From NCBI RefSeq assembly GCF_004365815.1, contig NZ_SODD01000010.1, forward strand, positions 1-32,000: a stretch of 32,000 nt of DNA, written 5' to 3'. The position numbers and the translations under genes were made by a program. The notes under the pieces are model-generated. The model was not told the origin of the DNA. It saw nothing but the letters and a program-made list of their open reading frames with translations, and ran no database searches. The stretch is from Breznakia blatticola. Its GTDB lineage: Bacteria; Bacillota_I; Bacilli_A; Erysipelotrichales; Erysipelotrichaceae. Shown here piece by piece: positions 7,986 through 15,391 of this stretch; within the stretch, counting starts at the first letter, position 1, and every line of letters starts with the position of its first letter.

Positions 7986-8774
7986 ATGAAACATGTGATC
8001 CGTTTTCTTAAAAGTTTACTTGTCGTATGCCTTAGCCTATTCAGTCTAATTACTTTTAAAACAGTAATTCTACATTACACGCGTACAGATGGTGTTGCGA
8101 TTTTAGGGTATCACGGAGTTGTTAGTGATGAACAAAAGAAAACCATCTACACAAACGATCCTTACAAAATGAGTGTCAGTGAATTTGATGAACAAATGTC
8201 ATATTTAGCAAAAAATGGATATCATAGTTTATCAATGGATGAATTGTATCGGTATGTTGAAGATAAAAACTATCAACTACCAAAGAAAAGTGTTGTCATC
8301 ACTTTTGATGATGGATATGAAAATGTACTTACGAATGCATATCCAATCTTACAAAAATATAACTTGCAAGCAACAACCTTTCTTATTGGAAAAAAAGTAA
8401 CATCAAATCTAGATGGATATTTAAAACTAAGTGATATCCAAAATGATGAAACCATGCAATTTTATTCGCACTCTTTTGATTTACATCATAAAGCCAGTGG
8501 CTTTGATCGTAAGAAAATTGATGTCATATCTTTAGCCGATATTGCAGATGATTTTCAATCAAATCAAGGTGTGATTGATCAAAGTTATTTTGCTTTTCCA
8601 TATGGAAGAACAAAAGCTGGTATTGAAGAAATATTACAATCGTATGATGTAAAATTAGCCTTTGGCTATAATCAAAACCGCAAGATGATACGAGAAGACA
8701 ACCGTTACTTGTTGCCTCGCTATTTCATGTTTGCAAGGATGCCATTTGCCTATTTTACTTGGCTAGTATCCTAA
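7986..8774 (+). CDS. Polysaccharide deacetylase (NodB-homology, CE4) with N-terminal membrane anchor or signal
   Basis: 262 aa. Hydrophobic N-terminus, the VVITFDDGYEN motif and downstream His residues (YSHSFDLHH). Confidence 0.8.
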   Translation: MKHVIRFLKSLLVVCLSLFSLITFKTVILHYTRTDGVAILGYHGVVSDEQKKTIYTNDPYKMSVSEFDEQMSYLAKNGYHSLSMDELYRYVEDKNYQLPKKSVVITFDDGYENVLTNAYPILQKYNLQATTFLIGKKVTSNLDGYLKLSDIQNDETMQFYSHSFDLHHKASGFDRKKIDVISLADIADDFQSNQGVIDQSYFAFPYGRTKAGIEEILQSYDVKLAFGYNQNRKMIREDNRYLLPRYFMFARMPFAYFTWLVS

Positions 8775-8782
8775 CGTATAAT
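8754..8782 (+). promoter_or_regulatory. Promoter TTTACT-17-TATAAT, 6 nt upstream of the transglycosylase ATG
   Basis: Hexamers at 8754-8759 and 8777-8782, then AAACCT and the ATG at 8789. No SD. Confidence 0.45.
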
Positions 8783-8788
8783 AAACCT

Positions 8789-9484
8789 ATGTTGAAATTT
8801 ATAAGAAGAGTTATACTTACACTTATCATCATTGCCATTTTAGTTGTTGGAGCTTTTGCTCTTATCGGATATGTTGGTTATAAAGATGTTGTAGATAAGG
8901 TGAGTATCGAGGAAAAAGTAAATCAATTACGTAGTCAAGACACGTATGTCACACTTGATGAAATTTCACAACCAATGCAAGATGCAGTGGTTGCTATTGA
9001 AGATCATCGTTTTTATGACCATGGTGGAATTGATTATTATGCGCTTATGCGTAGCGTTGTAGTAAATCTAAGCGGAACAGGTAATCAAGGGGGAAGTACA
9101 CTTACACAACAACTTGCAAAGAATTTCTATTTTATGGAAGATAACACTAGTTTGCGGAAAATAAGCGAAGCTTATGTTGCGAAAGCTCTTGAAGATAACT
9201 ACAGTAAGGATGAAATTTTAGAGATGTATGTAAACATCGTATATTATGGTGATAATCATTATGGAATCTATGAAGCAAGTACGGGTTATTATAATGTATT
9301 ACCAAGTGAATTAAACTTAGCGCAAGCAAGTGTGCTAGCGGGTCTTCCACAGGCACCAAGTGTGTATGCACTAAGTAATCATAATCCACAAACGCAAGAA
9401 CGCCAAAGAATGGTGCTAAAGGCAATGTTGGATTATAAATATATTAATCAAAGTGAGTACGAGGCAGTGATAAACAGCATATAA
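8789..9484 (+). CDS. Monofunctional peptidoglycan glycosyltransferase (GT51)
   Basis: GT51 motifs AIEDHRFYDHGGID, GGSTLTQQLAKN and RKISEAYVAKALE, with an N-terminal TM anchor and no transpeptidase domain. The ORF-track start at 8759 is a TTG; I prefer the ATG at 8789. Confidence 0.85.
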   Translation: MLKFIRRVILTLIIIAILVVGAFALIGYVGYKDVVDKVSIEEKVNQLRSQDTYVTLDEISQPMQDAVVAIEDHRFYDHGGIDYYALMRSVVVNLSGTGNQGGSTLTQQLAKNFYFMEDNTSLRKISEAYVAKALEDNYSKDEILEMYVNIVYYGDNHYGIYEASTGYYNVLPSELNLAQASVLAGLPQAPSVYALSNHNPQTQERQRMVLKAMLDYKYINQSEYEAVINSI

Positions 9485-9513
9485 ATCTGCCATTGTACAT
9501 GTATGAGGGGATT

Positions 9514-11265
9514 ATGAAAATATTTATCAAGCTTTCTTGGTTTATGAAGCAAGAAAAAGCTAGTTATATCTGGGGGATACTTTCTCTTGCAGTAATAGCT
9601 GTGCTTAATTTAATACCACCGATGATTACAGCTACGATTATTGATGAAATGACAAATGGAACATTAACGGTGCAAACCTTATTGCTTCTAGTCGTTGGTC
9701 TTTTCATAAATGCTGCAATCATTTTTGCGATGCGCTATGTTTGGCGTATTTGTATTTTTGGTGCATCCTTTCGTTTAGAAAGGTTATTGCGCCTACGTTT
9801 ATTTGAACATTTTGCGAAGATGTCACCGAGTTTCTTTAAAGAAAACCGTGTCGGAGACTTAATGGCTCATGCAACCAATGATTTGAAAAGCGTACAAAGA
9901 GTTGCTGGTATAGGAGTTTTACAAGGTGCAGATGCACTTATTTCTGGACTATCTACACTAGTTGCAATGATTTTCTTCGTTGATTTAAAGTTGACGTTGA
10001 TTACACTAATACCAATGCCATTTATGATCATTGGTGCACAAATGTTAAGTAAGAAATTACATACGACATTCCATAAAGCACAAGATGCATTCTCAAATCT
10101 AAATAATAGAACTTTAGAAAGTATTAATGGAATTAAAGTCACAAAAACATTTGGACAAGAAAAAGAAGAAGTAGCATCATTTAAAGAAGAAACACAAGAT
10201 GTCTACAAAAAGAATATGGCATATGTGCCTTGGGATGCTGGTTTTGACCCACTTATTGAAATCATTGTGGTGATTTGTTATATCTTGTTATTTATTACAG
10301 GAGCTACTATGATTGAAAATCATCAAGTAAGTGTGGGGCAATTGACAGCAATGGTAAGTTATATGAACTTACTGATTTGGCCAATGCTAGCATTAGGATT
10401 TTTATACAATAATGTGGAACGTGGAAATGTAAGTTATGATCGAATTCAAAAACTGTTTGACGTAACACCTGAAGTACGTAATGTGAAAAACGCGATTCAA
10501 CAAGTACCAACTGGTGATATCACATTTGATGTACAAGATTTTCGTTATGAAGATAGTACATCTCCAGTGATTGATCACGTCCAGTTTAGTGTAAAACCAA
10601 AAGAGACACTTGGAATTGTTGGGAAAACAGGTGCAGGAAAAACCACGTTAATCAAACTGCTTTTGCGTGAAAGTGACAGTTTTAAAGGAAGTATATATTT
10701 TGGTGATTATGAGACATATCGCTATGATTTAGGTATGTATCATCAAGCCTTTGGATATGTTCCACAAGATCAATTTTTGTTTTCTATGAGTATTGCAGAT
10801 AATATTCGTTTTGGGAAAAGCGATGCTACCATGGAAGAAGTAAAACAAGCTGCAAAGCTCGCAAGTGTACACGAAGATATTGAAGGATTTGCGGAAGGAT
10901 ATGAAACGATGGTAGGGGAACGTGGTGTTTCTTTATCTGGAGGACAAAAGCAAAGAATTGCAATTGCTAGAGCTTTATTACTAGATCCTGAAGTGCTTAT
11001 CCTAGATGATTCGTTAAGTGCAGTTGATGCAAAAACAGAAGAGCGAATTTTGGCTTCATTAAAAGAAGTACGAAACAACAAAACTACAATTATTGTTGCA
11101 CATCGATTTAGTGCAATTAAACATGCAAATCAAATCATTGTTATGGATCAAGGAAAAATCACAGAACGTGGTATTCATGATCAATTGGCTGCTGGAAATG
11201 GTTGGTATGCAGAAATATATAAATTACAAGAAACCTATCAAGGAGGTACATCTTATGAATCATAA
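9514..11265 (+). CDS. ABC exporter subunit (TMD-NBD half transporter) with a degenerate catalytic site
   Basis: Six-TM exporter fold followed by Walker A GKTGAGKTT, signature LSGGQKQR and Walker B ILDDS (Asp in place of the catalytic Glu, codon 11008-11010). Start moved to 9514 (MKIFIKL), which has SD GAGGGG. Confidence 0.88.
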   Translation: MKIFIKLSWFMKQEKASYIWGILSLAVIAVLNLIPPMITATIIDEMTNGTLTVQTLLLLVVGLFINAAIIFAMRYVWRICIFGASFRLERLLRLRLFEHFAKMSPSFFKENRVGDLMAHATNDLKSVQRVAGIGVLQGADALISGLSTLVAMIFFVDLKLTLITLIPMPFMIIGAQMLSKKLHTTFHKAQDAFSNLNNRTLESINGIKVTKTFGQEKEEVASFKEETQDVYKKNMAYVPWDAGFDPLIEIIVVICYILLFITGATMIENHQVSVGQLTAMVSYMNLLIWPMLALGFLYNNVERGNVSYDRIQKLFDVTPEVRNVKNAIQQVPTGDITFDVQDFRYEDSTSPVIDHVQFSVKPKETLGIVGKTGAGKTTLIKLLLRESDSFKGSIYFGDYETYRYDLGMYHQAFGYVPQDQFLFSMSIADNIRFGKSDATMEEVKQAAKLASVHEDIEGFAEGYETMVGERGVSLSGGQKQRIAIARALLLDPEVLILDDSLSAVDAKTEERILASLKEVRNNKTTIIVAHRFSAIKHANQIIVMDQGKITERGIHDQLAAGNGWYAEIYKLQETYQGGTSYES

Positions 11266-13042
11266 GAATGATTTTTATAAAGAAACCTTCACCAGTAGCG
11301 AACAAAAAGTGATTTTAAAACGCTTATTGTCGTATTTAAAACCATATACAAAACCACTGATTATCGCATTGCTTACGACAGTGCTTGCAACTACATGTTT
11401 TGTAATTGCACCACTTATTATGCGTTGGTTAGTAGATAATGGACTTACCGGAAATAGTGTACATATGGATATTATTATCCAAGGAGCATTGTTATATGCT
11501 TTGATGTGTTCACTATATGCGATTTTACGTTTCTTTCAGTTAATCCAACTAAAACGTTTGGGGTTTAAATTATGTAAAGACTTACGTGATACACTCTTTG
11601 CGAAGTTAGAAGGAATGGGAATGCGTTACTTCGATCAAACACCTGCAGGTAGTTTGGTCTCACGTGTTACCAATGATACTGAAGCGATTCAAGAGATGGT
11701 AAATGAAGTTCTATCGGTGATTGTTTCAAGTGTCGTAATGATTATTGGTTGTGTCGTTGCGATGAGCTTTATGGAATGGCGTTTGGCACTATTTTGCTTA
11801 TGCTTTGTGCCTGTGGCTGTTCTAATTATGTTTTACTACCAAAAATTATCAACTCGTTATTATTTAACTGCTAGAGAAAAACTATCACAGTTAAACACGC
11901 GACTTGCAGAATCGATTTCAGGAATGAATATCATCCAAATATTCAATCAAGAAAAACGAATTGCTAGTGAATTTGCAAATACAAATAATGAGTACTACGA
12001 AGCAAGTATGAAAAATGTGCGATTGGATGGATTGTTGTTATCACCAACAATTCACTTATTAATTGCCTTAGCGTTAGCACTGATGTTGACGTACATGGGA
12101 TTTCAGTCATTTGCTGGTTTAGCATCTGTTGGGATGGTAGTTGCTTTTATTGAGTATATTTATCGTTTCTTTGATCCAATGTTTCAAATAATGGATCGTT
12201 TAAGTATTTACCAACAAGCAATCGTTGCAGCATATCGTGTATTCTTTATTCTAGATCATCAAGAAGTTGCACCGATGCAAGATGAAAAAGAGGATGCAAA
12301 AATCACAGAAGGAAGAATTGAATTTAAAAATGTTTCTTTCTCTTATGATGGAAAACATGAAGTATTAAAAGATATTAGCTTTGTGATTGAACCAGGAGAA
12401 ACGCTTGCACTAGTTGGACATACAGGTAGTGGGAAAAGTAGTATTATTAATGTTATGATGCGTTTTTATGAGTTCACCAAAGGAGAAATCCTTATTGATG
12501 GTGTTTCCATCAAAGAATATCCAATGGATGAATTACGCAAACGTATAGGACTGGTACTACAAGATCCATTTATGTATTATGGAACGATTGCAGATAACGT
12601 TCGTTTGAAAAATAAAGAGATTAGTGATGAGGAAATTAAAGAGGCTTGTAAGTTTGTCCAAGCTGACCAATTTATTGATAAACTAACAGATACATATCAG
12701 TATCAAGTGAGTGAAAGAGGAGCAAGTTTTTCAACCGGACAAAAACAGTTACTCGCATTTGCACGAACAATAGTCACAAATCCAAAGATATTAATTTTAG
12801 ATGAGGCAACTGCAAACATTGATACAGAAACCGAAAGTTTGATTCAAGAAGGACTTTCAAGAATCAAACAAGGTCGTACGAGCATTGCAATTGCGCACCG
12901 TTTATCCACAATCAAAGATGCGAATAAAATTCTTGTGTTGGATAATGGGCGAATTATTGAAGCAGGAAACCACGAGAGTTTGATTGAAAAACATGGCGTG
13001 TACTATGCGATGTATCAACTACAAAAAAGTGGGGCACAATAA
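11255..13042 (+). CDS. ABC exporter subunit (TMD-NBD half transporter), partner of the preceding gene
   Basis: Walker A GHTGSGKSS, Walker B ILDEATANID (canonical), and a non-canonical signature FSTGQKQ (12728-12742). Start at 11255 (MNHKNDF) has SD AAGGAGG and overlaps the upstream stop by 11 nt. Confidence 0.88.
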   Translation: MNHKNDFYKETFTSSEQKVILKRLLSYLKPYTKPLIIALLTTVLATTCFVIAPLIMRWLVDNGLTGNSVHMDIIIQGALLYALMCSLYAILRFFQLIQLKRLGFKLCKDLRDTLFAKLEGMGMRYFDQTPAGSLVSRVTNDTEAIQEMVNEVLSVIVSSVVMIIGCVVAMSFMEWRLALFCLCFVPVAVLIMFYYQKLSTRYYLTAREKLSQLNTRLAESISGMNIIQIFNQEKRIASEFANTNNEYYEASMKNVRLDGLLLSPTIHLLIALALALMLTYMGFQSFAGLASVGMVVAFIEYIYRFFDPMFQIMDRLSIYQQAIVAAYRVFFILDHQEVAPMQDEKEDAKITEGRIEFKNVSFSYDGKHEVLKDISFVIEPGETLALVGHTGSGKSSIINVMMRFYEFTKGEILIDGVSIKEYPMDELRKRIGLVLQDPFMYYGTIADNVRLKNKEISDEEIKEACKFVQADQFIDKLTDTYQYQVSERGASFSTGQKQLLAFARTIVTNPKILILDEATANIDTETESLIQEGLSRIKQGRTSIAIAHRLSTIKDANKILVLDNGRIIEAGNHESLIEKHGVYYAMYQLQKSGAQ

Positions 13043-13043
13043 G

Positions 13044-13090
13044 AAAAAAAACAACGTCAATACCATAATGGTTAGACGTTGTTTTGCTTT
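13044..13090. terminator. Bidirectional terminator between the ABC operon and marR
   Basis: AACAACGTC (13050-13058) pairs with GACGTTGTT (13075-13083), with an A-run upstream and T-rich sequence downstream. Confidence 0.7.
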
Positions 13091-13518
13091 TATCCAAGAT
13101 TTAAAGATGCCATTTTTTCCGAGTAATCTTTTAGTGCTTTATGTAAAGCAATCATTTCATCTTCAACGTTATTTTCGATTAGTTGTAAAAAGTACTCATA
13201 ACTTCCTTTAGAAAGTTCATGTCCTTTTTCACTTACTTCAATGAAAATGATACGTTTATCCGTTTTTGATGTTTCACGAATTAATAAACCACGCTTTTCA
13301 AGTTTGCTAACGGCAATTGAAAGGTTTGTTGCTGCTTTACGCATATGTTGAGCAAGTTGGTTTAAAGTTAAACGTCCGCTTTCATCAATAATACGTAAGA
13401 TACGCAATTCGTTGAATGAAATTTCATGTTCTTCATAAAATGGAACCATCCATTTTAATCCATCTTCTTGTAGACGCATTGTCATTTCTTCTACTTCTTG
13501 TATTACTTTTTTATCCAT
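13090..13518 (-). CDS. MarR-family transcriptional regulator
   Basis: 142 aa winged-helix pattern (LRILRIIDESGRLTLNQLAQHMRKAATNLSIAVSKLEKRGLLIRETSKTDKR). SD AAAGGGGA. Confidence 0.85.
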   Translation of the reverse strand: MDKKVIQEVEEMTMRLQEDGLKWMVPFYEEHEISFNELRILRIIDESGRLTLNQLAQHMRKAATNLSIAVSKLEKRGLLIRETSKTDKRIIFIEVSEKGHELSKGSYEYFLQLIENNVEDEMIALHKALKDYSEKMASLNLG

Positions 13519-13572
13519 ATAATGTCCCCTTTATAATTATAGATTACTATGTAAACCATATTTCTTATACTT

Positions 13573-13601
13573 ACTATACTGATTAATTCATAATGAATCA
13601 A
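13573..13601 (-). promoter_or_regulatory. marR promoter (TTGATT-17-TATAGT on minus strand) with an embedded palindrome
   Basis: -35 at plus-strand coordinates 13596-13601 and -10 at 13573-13578. Perfect 6-1-6 palindrome ATTCAT-A-ATGAAT at 13586-13598 lies in the spacer and -35. Confidence 0.45.
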
Positions 13602-13794
13602 TAGGAATACATAGGTATTTCATCATTTTTTTGTTATTAGTGTGCATATTATGTGCTTCTGTTCTTGCTCTTGACAAAAAATATATGCTTGTTGTAAGTA
13701 TATACAAATACAATTGGCTTGTATATAGGTTTTTACTTGTATTTGCTATCCGATTATACACTATATACGATACGATTTCCTATTAAATAAACGA

Positions 13795-13818
13795 ATAAAA
13801 AAAACCTCGATTGAGGTT
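13795..13818 (-). terminator. Rho-independent terminator of plsY
   Basis: AACCTC-GATT-GAGGTT hairpin (13803-13818). On the minus strand it is followed by a run of 8-9 T. Confidence 0.75.
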
Positions 13819-14465
13819 TACTTGTTTTTTCTAAGCCAACTGACTTTATTTTCATTTCCATCAATGATGCGTTTAATGTTGCTACGGTGTCTAAATATAA
13901 CTAGTACAGCAAGTAAGATACTTGCAACATGAATGCTTTCCGCACTTGTAATAAAGTAGATATAGATTGCTTGGGTAATAGATGCAAAGATTGATGCAAG
14001 TGATACCATTTGAAAGATAACTAGAATCACTACGAATACTGCTAGTGGAATTAATAACATCCAAGGATCTTGGAATGTAAAGATTGCACATGATAGTAAG
14101 AATCCAAACATTGTAGCCACTGCTTTACCACCTCTAAATCCTGCAAAGATAGGATAACAGTGTCCGACTGCCGCAAATAATCCTGCCCAAATCGAAACCA
14201 TAGGGTCAAATAGTAGAGCACTAATACCTGAAGCGGCAACTACTTTTAAGACATCTAAAGCGATAACTGAAATCGCTGCTTTTTTACCAAGTACACGTCC
14301 GGCATTACTTCCACCAAGATTTCCACTTCCGTGTTCACGCACATCTGTACCATAGAATACTTTACCAATGACTAAGGCAAAGGGGATTGATCCTAATAAA
14401 TATCCAATAATAGAAGAAACGATAATTCCTATATACATTGGATGTAAATTGTTTAGTATATCCAT
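13818..14465 (-). CDS. plsY: Glycerol-3-phosphate acyltransferase PlsY
   Basis: 215 aa polytopic membrane protein with GSIPFA and REHGSGNLGGSNAGRVLG motifs. SD AGGAGG. Lies next to parE-parC, as in Bacillus, Staphylococcus and Streptococcus. Confidence 0.92.
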   Translation of the reverse strand: MDILNNLHPMYIGIIVSSIIGYLLGSIPFALVIGKVFYGTDVREHGSGNLGGSNAGRVLGKKAAISVIALDVLKVVAASGISALLFDPMVSIWAGLFAAVGHCYPIFAGFRGGKAVATMFGFLLSCAIFTFQDPWMLLIPLAVFVVILVIFQMVSLASIFASITQAIYIYFITSAESIHVASILLAVLVIFRHRSNIKRIIDGNENKVSWLRKNK

Positions 14466-14573
14466 AACATGCCTCCTAACAAGAAAATTATTGTAACATA
14501 AAATAAAATCATTGCGTATAGTAAATCATTAAAATTTGATGGAAGGATATAAAAAGATAAACGAATGTGAAAA

Positions 14574-15239
14574 TTACGTATTGGTAGTAGTCAGTTGATA
14601 CTGTTTTATATACGCAGTATTCTTTTTTGCTTTGCCATATGTATAGATAAGACAAACAATCGCACCTAGTGTATTTGTAAGTAAATCTAGCATTGTATCG
14701 TATAGAGCAGTTCGTCCTTGAAGTAAAGTTGCACCAGAGCGATAGCGTTGTAAGTTCATATCTAGCAGTCCATCCCAACTAAATTCCCAAAACTCCCAGA
14801 TGATTCCACAAAATGCAGCAAAACAAAATCCAAACAAGATAACTAAAGAAACCGATATTTCCTTTTTCTTACTAAGTTGCATCGCAAGTATATAGCCAAC
14901 CATACTTAATAAGGTTGGACTTAAGAAATGTAGTAGTTTATCCCACCATACAAATAGATTCACAAAATGTAAACAGGTTCCCATAAATATAGAGATACTA
15001 AGGAAAAACCAGTAATAGTTTTTTACAATTCTTGGAAGTTGGATTTTAAATAGCTTCGTGATAAGCATTGGAACAAAGATTAGAAATATACCTGATATAC
15101 ACTGAAGGATAACCATTATATTTGCACTGTTTGGTTTTTGTATATACCAAAAAATATCAACAGCTAAAATACAAGAAGCAAAGATTAGTAATATAGTAGG
15201 TAGGTTTTCGTTTTTGTTTATGATATGATTCTTTTTCAT
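14574..15239 (-). CDS. Polytopic membrane protein, possibly YjdF/DUF2238-like
   Basis: 221 aa from MKKNHII. Multiple TM helices. WDKLLHFLSP and WEFWEFSWDG...LQGRTALYDTMLDLLTNTLGA resemble, from memory, the E. coli YjdF pattern. The 326-aa ORF-track version runs antisense across the parE start and is rejected. Confidence 0.6.
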   Translation of the reverse strand: MKKNHIINKNENLPTILLIFASCILAVDIFWYIQKPNSANIMVILQCISGIFLIFVPMLITKLFKIQLPRIVKNYYWFFLSISIFMGTCLHFVNLFVWWDKLLHFLSPTLLSMVGYILAMQLSKKKEISVSLVILFGFCFAAFCGIIWEFWEFSWDGLLDMNLQRYRSGATLLQGRTALYDTMLDLLTNTLGAIVCLIYTYGKAKKNTAYIKQYQLTTTNT

Positions 15240-15320
15240 GTAACGTATTATAAACGACTTAGTGGTAAAGAAACAGTTAAACACACAAAAAAACAAATTT
15301 TTCATTCGTTCATTCATAAA

Positions 15321-15349
15321 TTGAAAAAGCGTGATAAAATTGGTATCAT
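15321..15349 (+). promoter_or_regulatory. parE promoter TTGAAA-17-(TGg)TATCAT
   Basis: Hexamers at 15321-15326 and 15344-15349 with a TG extension at 15341-15342, about 45 nt upstream of the parE ATG. Confidence 0.5.
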
Positions 15350-15391
15350 AAGTAAAGTTAAAGACAAGAAGCAGTAGAAAGGGTGTAAATA

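Noticed and set aside
11093-11254. N-terminal extension of the second ABC subunit (ORF-track start at 11093).
   Set aside because: It lies entirely inside the 3' end of the first ABC gene in another frame. The ATG at 11255 has a strong SD (AAGGAGG) and gives a normal exporter N-terminus. Similar ORF-track extensions were trimmed at 7028, 9493, 17277, 23432 and 30612.
12984-13211. 75-aa + strand ORF spanning the end of the ABC gene, the terminator and the antisense strand of marR.
   Set aside because: It crosses a strong bidirectional terminator and overlaps two supported CDS. It has no SD and an implausible sequence.
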